Assembly (NCBI RefSeq): GCF_001194135.2
Contig: NC_068988.1
Location: forward strand, 1,207,005 to 1,253,494
Length of the DNA: 46,490 bases
From: Octopus bimaculoides
Lineage: Eukaryota
Direction of reading: 5' to 3'
Shown: in pieces, positions 24,565 to 35,959 of the stretch
Layout: each line of letters opens with the position of its first letter
Position numbering within the stretch: position 1 is the first letter of the stretch
Notes under the pieces: generated by a model
What the model was told of the DNA's origin: nothing
The model's input: only the letters and a program-made list of their open reading frames with translations
The model's database searches: none
Translations under genes and position numbers: made by a program

Positions 24565-24880
24565 CAGTTCTATATCTGAGAGATGAGAGATTATGTACAT
24601 TATTTACATTTGACAGATATTTGTCCTCATCTTGCCCATGGGCATATGGCATAGTGGTTAAGAGTGAGGGCTACTAACCCCAAGATTCCGAGTTCGATTT
24701 CAGGCAGTGACCTGAATGATAATAATAATAATAATAAAAGCGGAAAAAATACCTTAGGAGTGAGAACCCAGGTTCGAAATTGCCCCAGGACACCTGATGA
24801 AGGCTGGAAAGTATATCAGCCAAAAGGTTGTGTTAATAACAAACAAGACGAGGACAAATATCCGTCAAATGTAAATAATG
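24565..24880. mobile_element. SINE-C full copy (+) preceded by an inverted copy of its own 3' end
   Basis: 24565-24634 is the reverse complement of the family 3' end (compare 34000-34079). The head GGCATATGGCATAGTGG starts at about 24641. The flanking repeat is TGAAATGTACA (24554-24564) / TGAAACGTACA (24881-24891), with one CpG-type mismatch. Confidence 0.85.
24789..24834 (+). ncRNA. Minimal type I hammerhead ribozyme motif (degenerate copy)
   Basis: GACAC CTGATGA A GGCTG gaaagtatat CAGCC AAAAG GTT GTGTT. Stems I and II and CTGATGA are intact. Confidence 0.6.
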
Positions 24881-25254
24881 TGAAACGTACATGTTCACAT
24901 ACAGCCATGATAGTTGCAAACTTCATGAAAAACTGCCATATTGAACAGACATGCATCACACTCCCATGCCAACTGACAATATAGCTTCAATAAAAAAAAA
25001 TATCGGAAATATATTTTATCATACAACACACAACTAAAATAAAAAAATTCTAATTGATAACAGCCGAGATGGATTAAAATGAAAATAAATAGAAGATTAG
25101 TCATGAAAGAAACAGTAATAATAGCAACTTGTGTCACTTAACACGCAGCAGATAGCGCATACAAACAGATATACAAAGAGCCTATCCAATTAAAAGTAGA
25201 TACCACAGTCAAACCATTTCCTGACTGGCAAAGAAAACTTGACATCAACAACTA

Positions 25255-25450
25255 AGAAGTTGTTTAGTTCTGGGTCAGTTTTGACTGAACAAACTTCTAA
25301 TTAAAGGCATTCCAGCCATGACCACCCTGTGCTCACAAAGGTATTGCATACTGAGGACTACATTATGCAACATGTCCTTTGTCTTCAAGACTGTAAGGTA
25401 TAATTTAAGCGTTATTTGGTTGCTATTTCACAAGCATCCACCTAAGATGT
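25255..25450. mobile_element. Interspersed repeat H (second copy, inverted, at about 40900-41165)
   Basis: GTTGTTTAG..C.GGTCAG...ATCAAAGG.ATTC and TTTGG.TGCTATTT blocks are shared between the two loci. Confidence 0.55.
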
Positions 25451-26954
25451 TCTTCATAGGAAATTGAAGGAAATTTAAGCCTTCAGTAACCAATGAGGAA
25501 CAAGTAGACCCGTATTCCCAACACTTTGGCCAACACTTTTTTAGAAACTTTAAATAAAACGCAAGATCCACCATCAACAAAACTATTTCATCCAGAAAAT
25601 AAGGCTGAGACGGTCTTGAAATTGTTGATGAACCAAGCAAAGTTACTTTTCTAAACTAAAACTTTAAAAGACCAATAAAGAAATATGAGAAATCTTTAAT
25701 AAATGTTAAAATTGTTACAATAGAAATAATTATGTGGTAAAGTAAAGATAATATTTGTCAATGACTAATATTATTTTAAGTATTACAGCAAAAACAGGAG
25801 ACAACTGTGGATATAGTTTGGTCTTATAATGGCTTCATCACATCACCAAGTAAGTGTATGATAACATACATTGGTTGATGCATAAAAACAGAATTATTTA
25901 ATGAATAAATGAGACGTTATATGCAGAATAGGTTTAATTAGAGTTAACATATTTAGTGCTGGGAGCTTTAAAAAATTAATTACAGATAATTATGTGCTGA
26001 GGGGAAAGAATAGTATTTATCAATGACTAATATTATTTTAGATAACACATTTACTCACATATAAGTTGCACGCATGTATAAAATGTATCCCTAATTTAGT
26101 GTTAAATCTTGAACAAAAATCTTTTATTCTTCATAATTTTAGCTTTGCTCTATGTATAAATTGTACTCCTTTTTTCCAGTTAAATTCAAGTATAAAATAA
26201 AGTGATTTACATACATGTAAAACTGGTAATTTAGTGAGTATGTGAAACAACTCTGGGCATATTTGGGTGTTATTTCAACTCCAAAGATATACAGTTTGTT
26301 GGACAGTTTTACAATACACACCATGCAAAGATTACACACAAAAAAAACCCCAAAAAACAATGAATTAACATACTGTCTGAGATGAGAAATTATTCTTGAC
26401 AATGAGATGTAATTACCATTCTTTACATAATTCTACCTAGAAGATAAACAGGTTGAGTTTAGAGAATAGCATTTTTCATCTAATGAATTTACAAATAATT
26501 GAAGTCAATATTCATGATAATACCATATAATATACTTTTGCAAAACATTAATTTACAAAAAAATATTAATTTGTAAAACAATAATTAGGTTCGAAATGGT
26601 TTTCCTAATATTTTTAATTAATGTTACATAAACAATGCTTTGCTATTCGTTAAATAATTTTCATAAACGAAGCATTCCACCAAATTCACAGACACACTCT
26701 CAAGGCATTTTTTGTTTGATAAATTAATATAAAATAACATTTTTGCTTTAAACTAATTTAAGAAGAAAAAACCAACAGCTGTAGTGTTCAAACAATACAC
26801 TAAATGACTCTGGGTTTATACCAGTTCTGAAAGTCTCCCTTATAATCTCTCTCAATATAAATCTCAATAATTTACAAAGAAGACAACATCACAGCCAGCA
26901 AGCAGGCCACCTCCACTGCAAAACAAAAATTCTCAAAATAAAGACAGGCACAGG

Positions 26955-27125
26955 AATGGCTGTGGGGTGAAGAAGTTCACTTCCCAACCACATGGATTCA
27001 GGTTCAGTCTCACTCCATAACATCTTCAGCATCTGTCTTCTGCTACAGCCCCAGGCTGGCCAAAGCCTTGTGAGTAGATTTGGTAGACAGAAACCGAAAG
27101 AAACCCATTGTGTATGCGTGTGTGT
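26955..27125 (+). mobile_element. SINE-A 5' half
   Basis: Head to the microsatellite, followed by SINE-B and SINE-G pieces. Confidence 0.85.
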
Positions 27126-27144
27126 GTGTGTGTATATATATATA

Positions 27145-27560
27145 TAAGTCCACTCTGCTGGGTCGTTGGTGTTATGCAGGGCATCCAGCTGTAAAAATCC
27201 TGCCAAAACAGTCACAGAAATCAAGGTGGAGACTTCTGCTTGGCCAGCTCTTGTGAAACCATCCCACCCATGCCAGCATGGAAGGCAGACGTTAAACGAT
27301 AATGATGATATATGCATGTGTGTGTGTGTGTGTAGATGTCTCTTCCTTGATATTGCATGACAGTTGTAAACGAGTATCACCATCATACAAGTGGTGTCCT
27401 TCATTGCCAATCAATCTCTCACAAAAACATGTCCAGCCATTGGGAAACTAGTGAGGGTTGGTGATAAAAAGGGCATCTGGATATATAGAATATCTGCTTC
27501 AGCAAATTCTGTACAACTAAACTGAGCATGAGAAAGTAGACATTAAAACAATGATGAAGA
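27145..27560 (+). mobile_element. SINE-B 3' part followed by SINE-G
   Basis: Two successive GGGCATC...(GAT)-tailed units. Confidence 0.7.
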
Positions 27561-28272
27561 AAGACCACCGAGGCATGCAAAGGGTGAGTGAGAAGATGGC
27601 AGCAAAATGCAGGCACAGGTGTGAATGTGCACAAAATTTCCTCTCGGCTCTTACACCAATTAAGATGGGAGACAGCAAAAGAGCCTTTTACCCCCAGTCA
27701 TTGAGAAATGTTGTTGTTACGCTATTGCATGCAAAGGACAGAGTTTGTTGCTGCAGTAAACTGCAAGCCACACGGTCCCTGCCACTGGAAGCTGAATCAC
27801 TGCCAAACATCTTACATCATGGGACACTTCTACAACTTCCTAACAACATCATTCCTCCTCGCACTCAGTGTATACAGATTTTTAAAAATCTTACACAACC
27901 AAAAATAACAGCAGCACCAATAACCTCATTACTTGTTAATGCTGTGTACTCCATATGATAAACCTTTGCTTGTCTAAGAGCAAAGTATGGTTCTCGAATA
28001 GATAGAGATCTGATCTACCCATGTGTATATCATATCTAGTCATTCAACTGATGACCTACATACCATAGTCCTTCTCAATCACCAAGGCTAAACAACAAGC
28101 AATGAAATAAACAAAGTTGAGTCAACATTAACTATATCCCTATTCCATATTCCTCACACAACCAGTTTTGTGACAATATACCATATATGAGAATTGCACT
28201 TCTCCACGAAAAAGTCTTTAAAAATATCCTAGGCCCTACATGCAAAGTTGGAACCTATATTACATGCATTAA

Positions 28273-28448
28273 GCCTTTAGCATTTAACCTGGTCATATCA
28301 GATCCAACTTCTCACACCTAACCTACAATGTCAATTTAAAAATAAACAAATATATCATCACTATCTCAAAGCTATGAGATAATGCATGATAATTTTTTTT
28401 TTATGTGAATAAATAAGTCTTACATTTAACAGAGTCAAAGTTAAAGGT
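28273..28448. mobile_element. piggyBac-like MITE, second family (CCCTTTAGCATT ends)
   Basis: TTAA GCCTTTAGCATT start; the interior is the reverse complement of 28897-29119. Confidence 0.6.
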
Positions 28449-28896
28449 CAATGTACTTAAAATTTTCCTTCATAAACATGCGTTGCTGGAATTGGGGTTT
28501 GTCTACTACTATGTCCATACATCTTTTGTGCATTCAAATACAAAACTAAAATCCTGTATGTATCACTTACTAAACTCCTTTCTGTTTTAAAAGGTACTTA
28601 ATTTTATTAGCTGTCACTGGAAGGATGAATGGTAAAGTCAGTTTTGAAAAGGTATCTAGTGCCATCTTTTTACCAGCATACTGGAAATGATTGTTCGAAT
28701 TCCACTGAGGAATAAATAATCTTCCTTTTCATCCCAATTCAGCTTGCCCTGACATTATTATTTCAGAGGCAGTAAAACAACCAGAGCCAACAATATGTAA
28801 ATTTAAACATTTACATCCAGCCTCCACTGAATATTATTAGAATAGTTTCGGTGGGAACATCACAACTGAATAATGACAAGCAGAGAGGACTCTTGA

Positions 28897-29119
28897 CCCT
28901 TTGGCATTCAGACAACTCCGTCAAATGGAATGCTTACTTATTCACAAATTGTTTTGAAATAAATCAAGAATTATCCTGCAGCTTTGAGATTTTGATGATG
29001 CAATTGTATACTTTTAGAATGGCATTGTAGGGTAAGTGTGAGAGGTCAGATCAAGACAGTTGGAACATAAAACAAGTAGAATACTTCAACTGGATATAGC
29101 TCGCTTAAATGCTAAAGGA
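28897..29119. mobile_element. piggyBac-like MITE, second family, opposite orientation
   Basis: TTGA|CCCTTTGGCATT ... AATGCTAAAGGA|TTAA. Confidence 0.7.
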
Positions 29120-29579
29120 TTAAAAGGTTTTACCAAAGAAATAATGCAAGAGTTTTTAAATACAAAACCATTAAAGATAAAAGGTGGGACAGAGTAGTCA
29201 TAAATATAAAAAAACTACTGAAAAGACACCAATTTGTATCAAATATGAAATAATTGGTACAAAAATCTGTGTCTAAATAACTGATTCATTTCTATTAAAT
29301 TGGTAAAACAATGCCTGATTGTGAGTCATCGTAGAACTCATGTGAGCTTCTGGAAATGGTAACAAAAGCCTCATATTTAATTCAACAATGGAAAATAGTC
29401 AACTGCATATAATATTAGTGAAAGGGAAGCATTAAAGCATTTTACCAGATGCATTCTGAAATAAATATAGGCTAATATTCTTAAATGAAGATAACCTAAA
29501 AACTATATTTGTGAACCTTCGGCTATTAGGACACAAACATGTTTTGATTGTTTTATTTGCTTTATTTTATTGTTTTAAC

Positions 29580-29765
29580 GAAAGGCAGGGAGCAGGCAGA
29601 ATCATTAGCAATGTTCTGAGTTCAAATTCTAAGGAGGTCGACTTTGCCTTTCCTCCTTTTAGGGTCAATAAAATAAAATATTAGGTGAGTAATAGGGTCA
29701 ATGTAATTGACTGGCCCCTTCTCCCACCACTTCAGACCTTATGCCTACAGTAGAAAAAAATGGTT
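29580..29765 (+). mobile_element. SINE-F
   Basis: Family block. Confidence 0.75.
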
Positions 29766-30019
29766 TTAAAGAAAAATTTTATTAGAATTAAATGTTCAAA
29801 TTGAAGAATCTCATTAATTCTAAAGAAAATGACTAGTATTTTTTTAAATAATCTCAGCTCCAATGGATCATTCAAACCCTAGCTTCTCTAGGATAAGAAA
29901 CTTGCTCAAGCCCATCTCTCATACTTTAACTCCTCATCTACTCACACCCAGCTGCTCCTTACCTCCCACACCTTTGGGATTTGTAGTCCTTAGCAATTTC
30001 ACTAGTGCCAGAGCTGCAA

Positions 30020-30195
30020 AAAGCACCCAGTACATATTGTAAGGTGATTCAGGTTGGTGTTAAGATAATCCAGCCAAAGAAACCATGTCAAAGCAGACAT
30101 TGGAGTACAATTCAGACCTTGGGCTCATCAGATCCTGTCAAACACCTCCAACCCATGCCAGCATGGAAAGCAGACATTAAATGATGATGATGAAG
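30020..30195 (+). mobile_element. SINE-B 3' part
   Basis: CCATGCCAGCATGGAAAGCAGACATTAAATGATGATGATG. Confidence 0.8.
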
Positions 30196-30624
30196 AATCA
30201 CAGCAAAATAATTTACAAGCTACTAAAACCTAAAAGAAATAAAAACAGCAGAGGTTGCTAAAAATGATTAACTGCATACTTTCAAGATACAAGAAGGTGA
30301 GGACAAGAGAGAATAATGGACAAAGAATTAGGAATGGGGGGGGGGGTTGAGTCTGGGAGGAGAATGAGAAACGATTAGGGAGGGGTTTGGAGGGGAATAC
30401 AATGGATGAGTAACAAGGGTGGTGGTGTAGTCGAAGGTATATATATATCATTGTGGAGGGGGTGAAGATGTAAAGAATTGGAGTGGGTCAGGATGGTGGA
30501 GGTGAGGAGTGGCAGTACAGGAAACGTGGAGAACAACAGTAGAAGAGTGATACACCAGTTAATTACCATATTTGATGGCAGAAATTCTGCAAGGGCGTAT
30601 TAGATGCACCTCAATTTCAGCAGC

Positions 30625-30810
30625 ACATCATCATCATCATTTAACGTCTGTTTTCCAATGCTGGCATGGGTTGGAGAGTTTGACAGGCCCTGGCAAGCTG
30701 AAGAGCTGCACCAGACCCCAATTGGCCATTTTGGTTGGATTCCCTTCCTAATGCCAACCACTTTACAAAGTGTTCTGGGTGCTTTTTACATGACACCAGC
30801 ACAAGTGCAT
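30625..30810 (-). mobile_element. SINE-B 3' part
   Basis: (ATC)n plus family block; inverted relative to 30020-30195. Confidence 0.8.
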
Positions 30811-31071
30811 TTTGCATTAAAGAACATAATATATGCTCAATTTTGCATATGGGACCCAGGGTGATGTTTTTGCAATATTGTTTTGGAAAAATAAAGAGCA
30901 TCTTATATGACATTAGAATATAGTAAAATACATTTATAAAAGTGTGTATAAGGTGTGAATATAAGGGTTTTCTTGGTGGGGGGGGGGGGGTATATCTCAA
31001 ACATTAACAATAATTTTTCATGGCTTCAAAATACTGCCATATCAATTTAACCTTCAAACAATTCTTTTCTT

Positions 31072-31116
<45 letters not shown>

Positions 31117-31994
31117 CTTATGTCGTAACATATACGGGAAGTCTCTTAAAACTTAATTTGAAGAACACAAAAGACAACTTCAAACCCCATCTGACTATAA
31201 ACGATGGTGGATAATATGAACAAGGACAGTGATTACCATTCCATCCAAACATTGATTTTTTTCCATTCTGACAAAAGCCCCGGCTAATTACATTGCTTTC
31301 TCCAGGAAACTCCACCGGCTCATTTAAAAATGCAATATATATATGAGTGACTAGCATTCCCACTCTATGGTTTCCACTCTTATCCTTATATTCTACAATG
31401 TTAATTCCTATTATTACTTTATACAGTCATCATGGCATTTCTATCATAACTATCCTTCCCTCAAGTCCGAAACCTATGTTCGTTTCGCCTTCAATTCTCA
31501 CTACTCTAGCTACTATCTATGTCCTTCCTTTCCATCCTCCTCCTCTCCGTCTACAAATCCACATTCTCCTGCCAGCTCTCAGCGCATTACTCTATCTTTT
31601 AACATCTCAGCTATGCACAGTTTCTTTCTGTTAACCACACATACTCTGAACATTGATCATCCTCCAGCTGATCTCAAAGAAATATAGACAAATATATCAA
31701 ATCCCATTCCTGATACGTCTCGCAATGAGATTATTACGAACCCGGCATCATTTTGAGCTCTTCACAGAATGAAGTTGATGCTTAGCTCAGCTCTTTTACA
31801 GTTTACAAACATGCTACATTCATAAACAGGACATCAACAGCAGGCATTACTTCCTTTGAACAGAATTATAATACAAATGCATGCTTACATGGATTAAAAA
31901 TATATATATACACACACCCCTCTCTCTCTCTATCTCTCATGCACACATACACACACACACACACACACACGTGTGTGTGTGTGTGAGTGTGTAT

Positions 31995-32392
31995 AGGCAC
32001 AGGCATAGCTGTACAATAAGAGTTTTGCTTCCCAACCACATGGTTCCAGGTTCAGTCTCATTGCATAGCACCTTGGGCAAGTGTCTTCTATAACCTCAGG
32101 CCAACCAAAGCCCTGTGAGTGGATTTGGTACATGGAAACTGAAAGAAGCCTCTGTGTGTGTGTGTGTGTGTGTGTGTGTATACACATACAAATGTGTGTG
32201 TGTGTGTGTGTGTGTGTGTCACTGTGTTTGTCCCCCACTGCCACATGGCAACCGGTGTTGGTTTCTTTATGTCCCTGTACCCTAGCAATTTGGGCAAGAG
32301 AGATAGAATAAGTACCAGGTTGAAAAATAAGTAATGGAGGTGAAACCCTGCAAGGTGGCGCTCAGCCCAGCATGGCTGTAGTCTAATCACTG

Positions 32393-32396
<4 letters not shown>
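31995..32396 (+). mobile_element. SINE-A with expanded (TG)n
   Basis: Family head to tail. Confidence 0.9.
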
Positions 32397-32428
<32 letters not shown>

Positions 32429-32664
32429 ATAGACATGTACAAAATCCAGTACAACCTGTTACAACCCACAGGTGAATGCTGCTGATAATCCGGTACAACC
32501 TGTTACCTGGTTAAACTGTCTGCAATTAAACCAGAGCCATCCCTGACCAGTCTAGCCTGGGGAGGATTGCTATTTGAAACCCAGAACTAAAACAAGACCT
32601 ATCAAAAGATGAATGAACCAAACATGAACGTCAACGACTATCTAGGAAAATAAACACCATCGTC

Positions 32665-32830
32665 GTCATGGTTTAACATCCTCCTTCCATGTTGGCATAG
32701 GTCAGGCGGTTTGACAGAAGCTTGCCAGGTAGAAACCTGCACCATACCTCTGTGATTTTTGTACGGTTGGATGCCCTTCCTAGTCCCAACCACTCCACAG
32801 AGGATTTAGAAATACTGGAGATGGTGAATG
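32665..32830 (-). mobile_element. SINE-B 3' part
   Basis: GGTTGGATGCCCTTCCTAGTCCCAACCAC. Confidence 0.7.
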
Positions 32831-33104
32831 AGTGAGCTACAAGTCCCCTAAGTGATGGGTAGAGTTGCACTCTTTAGCTATGGTTGAGGTAGCTTGTTTA
32901 GGAGAAGGTCGCCTAAATAAAAATTGGGTAATACTCAACATAATGTTACCGTTGTTCTGTTTCAGTGATTCTACACATAACCAAGTAAGGAATGGTAGGA
33001 CTTTGCAAGCCATGTCTTCCTTTTATTACAAATATTCATGCACTGATGTTGCTTTGAACTGTCTTAAAATTGCCAGATGGCTTGTGGGAAGCATATTTTC
33101 ATAC

Positions 33105-33340
33105 CACCATCATCATCATTTAACATCCACTTCTCTGTGCTTGCATAGGTTAGACAGATTTTGCTGAGGAAGATTTTCTATGGAGGGATGCCTTCCTCAT
33201 TTCCAACACTCACCTGTTTCCAAGCAAGGTAATATTTTCCAATGGAAAACTGGAAACAAACAAACAAACAACATTTGTATGACAGTGATGCTCATTTATA
33301 ATCATCATTTAATGCCAAGGCAACGATACAAACACACACA
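33105..33340 (-). mobile_element. SINE-G
   Basis: Family block. Confidence 0.7.
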
Positions 33341-33480
33341 CACACACACGACAAGGCTTCTAGTTTCTGTCTCTCAAATCCATTAACAAGGCTTGTGTGG
33401 CCTAGGGCTATTGTACAAGAGAATTTCCCTAAGTGATGCACTCTTTAACTGGGGATTCAGTTTGGGACTATACATGGTCG
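33340..33480 (-). mobile_element. SINE-A 5' half, diverged
   Basis: Reverse-complement match. Confidence 0.6.
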
Positions 33481-33590
33481 ACAATAATCTTTAAATATGC
33501 AAAACTATCAACTTTTTGAAATGTATAGTTCCCAAAATAATTTACATTATTTACATTTGACGGATATTTGTCCTCATCTTGTTTGTTGCT

Positions 33591-33636
33591 AACACAACAT
33601 TTTGGCTAATATACCTTCCAGCCTTCATCAGATGTC
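33591..33636 (-). ncRNA. Minimal type I hammerhead ribozyme motif (degenerate copy)
   Basis: GACAT CTGATGA A GGCTG gaaggtatat TAGCC AAAAT GTT GTGTT. The CTGATGA is intact; GAAAC shows CpG-type decay. Confidence 0.55.
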
Positions 33637-33688
33637 TTGGGGAAATTTCGAACCTGGGTTCTCATTCCTATGGTATTGTTCAATGTTG

Positions 33689-33720
<32 letters not shown>

Positions 33721-33854
33721 TAGGCCACTGCCTGGAATCGAACTCAGAATCTTGGGGTTAGTAGCCTGCACTCTTAACCACTAGACCATATGGAGTAGTG
33801 GTTAAGAGCGTGGGCTACTAACCCCAAGATTCTGAGTTCGATTCCAGGCAGTGG

Positions 33855-33890
<36 letters not shown>

Positions 33891-33943
33891 TAGCATCGGA
33901 AAAATACCTTAGGAATGAGAACCCAGGTTCGAAATTTCCGCAA

Positions 33944-33989
33944 GACACCTGGTGAATGCTGGAGGGTATATCAGTCGGAACGTTGTGTT
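33944..33989 (+). ncRNA. Minimal type I hammerhead ribozyme motif (degenerate copy)
   Basis: GACAC CTGGTGA A TGCTG gagggtatat CAGTC GGAAC GTT GTGTT. Keeps the CpGs of the GAAAC-GT segment but has core substitutions. Confidence 0.6.
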
Positions 33990-34339
33990 AACAGCAAACA
34001 AGATGAGGACAAATATCTGTCAAATGTAAATAATGTAAATAATGTACATAATTCCTCATTTCTTAAATATAGAACTGTATTCCCAAAATAATGTAAATGG
34101 CAAAAAAAAGCCTACAAGACTTAAGCTTGCAGGTGTGGCTCAGTAAGAGTTCCAAGGAAAGGCAGCTGGGTCCATGTTTTTATTAGGTGACTACCAAAAG
34201 CATGTCCCTGATTTTCTGGTTGGCTTTTACAATTTAAGAACCTTGATCCAACCCATGCTAGCATGGAAAGTGGACGTTAAACGATGATGATGATGATGAT
34301 TGATAACGAAGTGTCATGGTTCAATAGCCATTGTTCCCA

Positions 34340-34560
34340 AATCTCAACCAGGTTTTACTTTGGAAGGGGACAAATGACATATTTTGCACATGTTGAACAG
34401 AGACTTGACCTCTGTAAATTGGGGTCAATTTTATTAGCTTAGCCCCTCCACCAAACTTGCTGACTTTTTTCCAAAATTTGAAACCAATATAGTAGATAGG
34501 GCACCTGTGAGGGGATGGGACCAGGCGAAGCAGTTGACTCACTTGTAAGAGTAGTTGAGA
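34340..34560 (-). mobile_element. SINE-F, diverged
   Basis: Reverse-complement family block. Confidence 0.5.
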
Positions 34561-34599
34561 TGTTTAAAATATCTGACGAAGTAAAGTAGAGTTTAGTCA

Positions 34600-35870
34600 C
34601 TCAAAGAGTCAGTCAGGTAACACCAGGTGTCATGCTCAACGCCTGCAGTAGCAGCATTATGATAAACTGTTACAAGGGACAAAGAGATGCAGCAGAGAGA
34701 GGAAACTGCAGAGGAATCAAATTGTTGGGTCAGAGGAAGTGTTATTGCAAAAGTTATTAGGAACAGGGTCAGCTTCGATGAGATGCAGCTTGACTTTGCA
34801 CAAGGAAGAGGTACCATTGATGCCATCTTCTTGGTGAGGCTGTTACAACAGAGATATTTACATTCATGGATCTGAAGAGGGCTTTCAACAGGGCCACCCT
34901 GGTGGGTGGTAAGGAAGGTGGAACTAGAGGAATGGCTGGGAGAGTTAATTATGAGTACATATGGGTAGGGGGTTAGGGTTAGGGTTCAGTCTTCAGCTCT
35001 CTCTTCTTTCTTATAATCCTCCAATCCATCACAAAGGAGTTGACGACTGGCTTTAAGTAGGGACTCTTGTACGCTGATGGCCTTGGTCTGATAGCAGAAT
35101 TTGTGGAAGATCTGGAGAAGAAATTTGAGAAATGGAAGGAAAACCTGGAACTGAGGGGTCTTAAAGTAAACTTAGCCAAGACAAAAATCCTAGCAAATAG
35201 GAAAGAAGTAAGGAGTCAGCAGCCATCAAAGAAATGGCTGGGCTTAGTAAAGGAGGGAGCAGAAATTCCCCACAGTGTGTCCAGTGTAAAGAATAGGCAT
35301 GTCAGAAGCGTAGTGGGATCACAGGTAGGCTAACAGCAAAGGTAGCCCCCATTTGTGGCAGATGCACAGAAGAATCAAGCTCACGCAAAGGACAGAGTCC
35401 TTCAACTGCCATAAAGGATCCCTAAACGTAGTAGAGTATGCAATTAGCAACAGGAGTGGCTGCTCTGAAAGGATAATAGCTAGAGTGAAAATAAGGTTCT
35501 GGGAGCTACTGCCTGAGCCAGCAACAAAGGGCTTTCCTCTCAAGGTAAAGGGTAGATTGTATTAGGCAAAGAGCATTACCACATGGTAACGAAATGTAGG
35601 CCCTGCATGCAGAAGCTTTTTAAAAGCTAGAAACAAATGAGGTGAGCATACTCTGACGGATGTATAATGTTTATAGACTTAAAAGTTTTCAGTAGAGATG
35701 ACCTGAGAGGGAAACTGTGTAGAAAAGGAATCAGATGTAGTTTGCAAGGGAGAAGAGTGCACTGGTATGTGCATGTGATGCATAAGGGTGATAACAGCTG
35801 CATAAAATGCTCTAAGTGGATGGTGCTTGTGGAAGAGGATGACCTAAAAAGACAGAGAATGAAGAGGTAA
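34600..35870 (+). mobile_element. RTE-clade LINE remnant (RT plus C-terminus), multiple stops, frameshifts and deletions
   Basis: SIMINCYKG..DAAERGNCRGIKLL; RVSFDEMQLDFAQGRGTIDAIFLVR; YADGLGLIAE...LELRGLKVNLAKTK; RRVHWYVHVM. Confidence 0.9.
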
Positions 35871-35959
35871 AAAAAACTACTCTCAACATATAGAAACTCA
35901 CAAAAGAAGATAACAAGGAACCACAACAATTGGTAACATGCTGTAAAATATTAGCAAGA

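Larger units (their letters stand above)
33542..34079. mobile_element. Head-to-head dimer of SINE-C (tRNA-Arg-like head + (AAT)n + hammerhead-bearing Penelope-like tail), inserted as one unit
   Basis: Left arm is minus (33542-33789) and right arm is plus (33790-34079). The axis lies in CCATATGG (33786-33793). A 13-bp direct repeat TTCCCAAAATAAT flanks the unit at 33529-33541 and 34080-34092. Confidence 0.9.

Noticed and set aside
31700-31750. Hammerhead-like CTGATAC-GTCTC..GAGAT-..GAAC CCGG
   Set aside because: Two core positions are wrong, there is a 6-nt insertion before GAA, and there is no stem I or cleavage triplet. It could be a very old PLE end but is unsupported.
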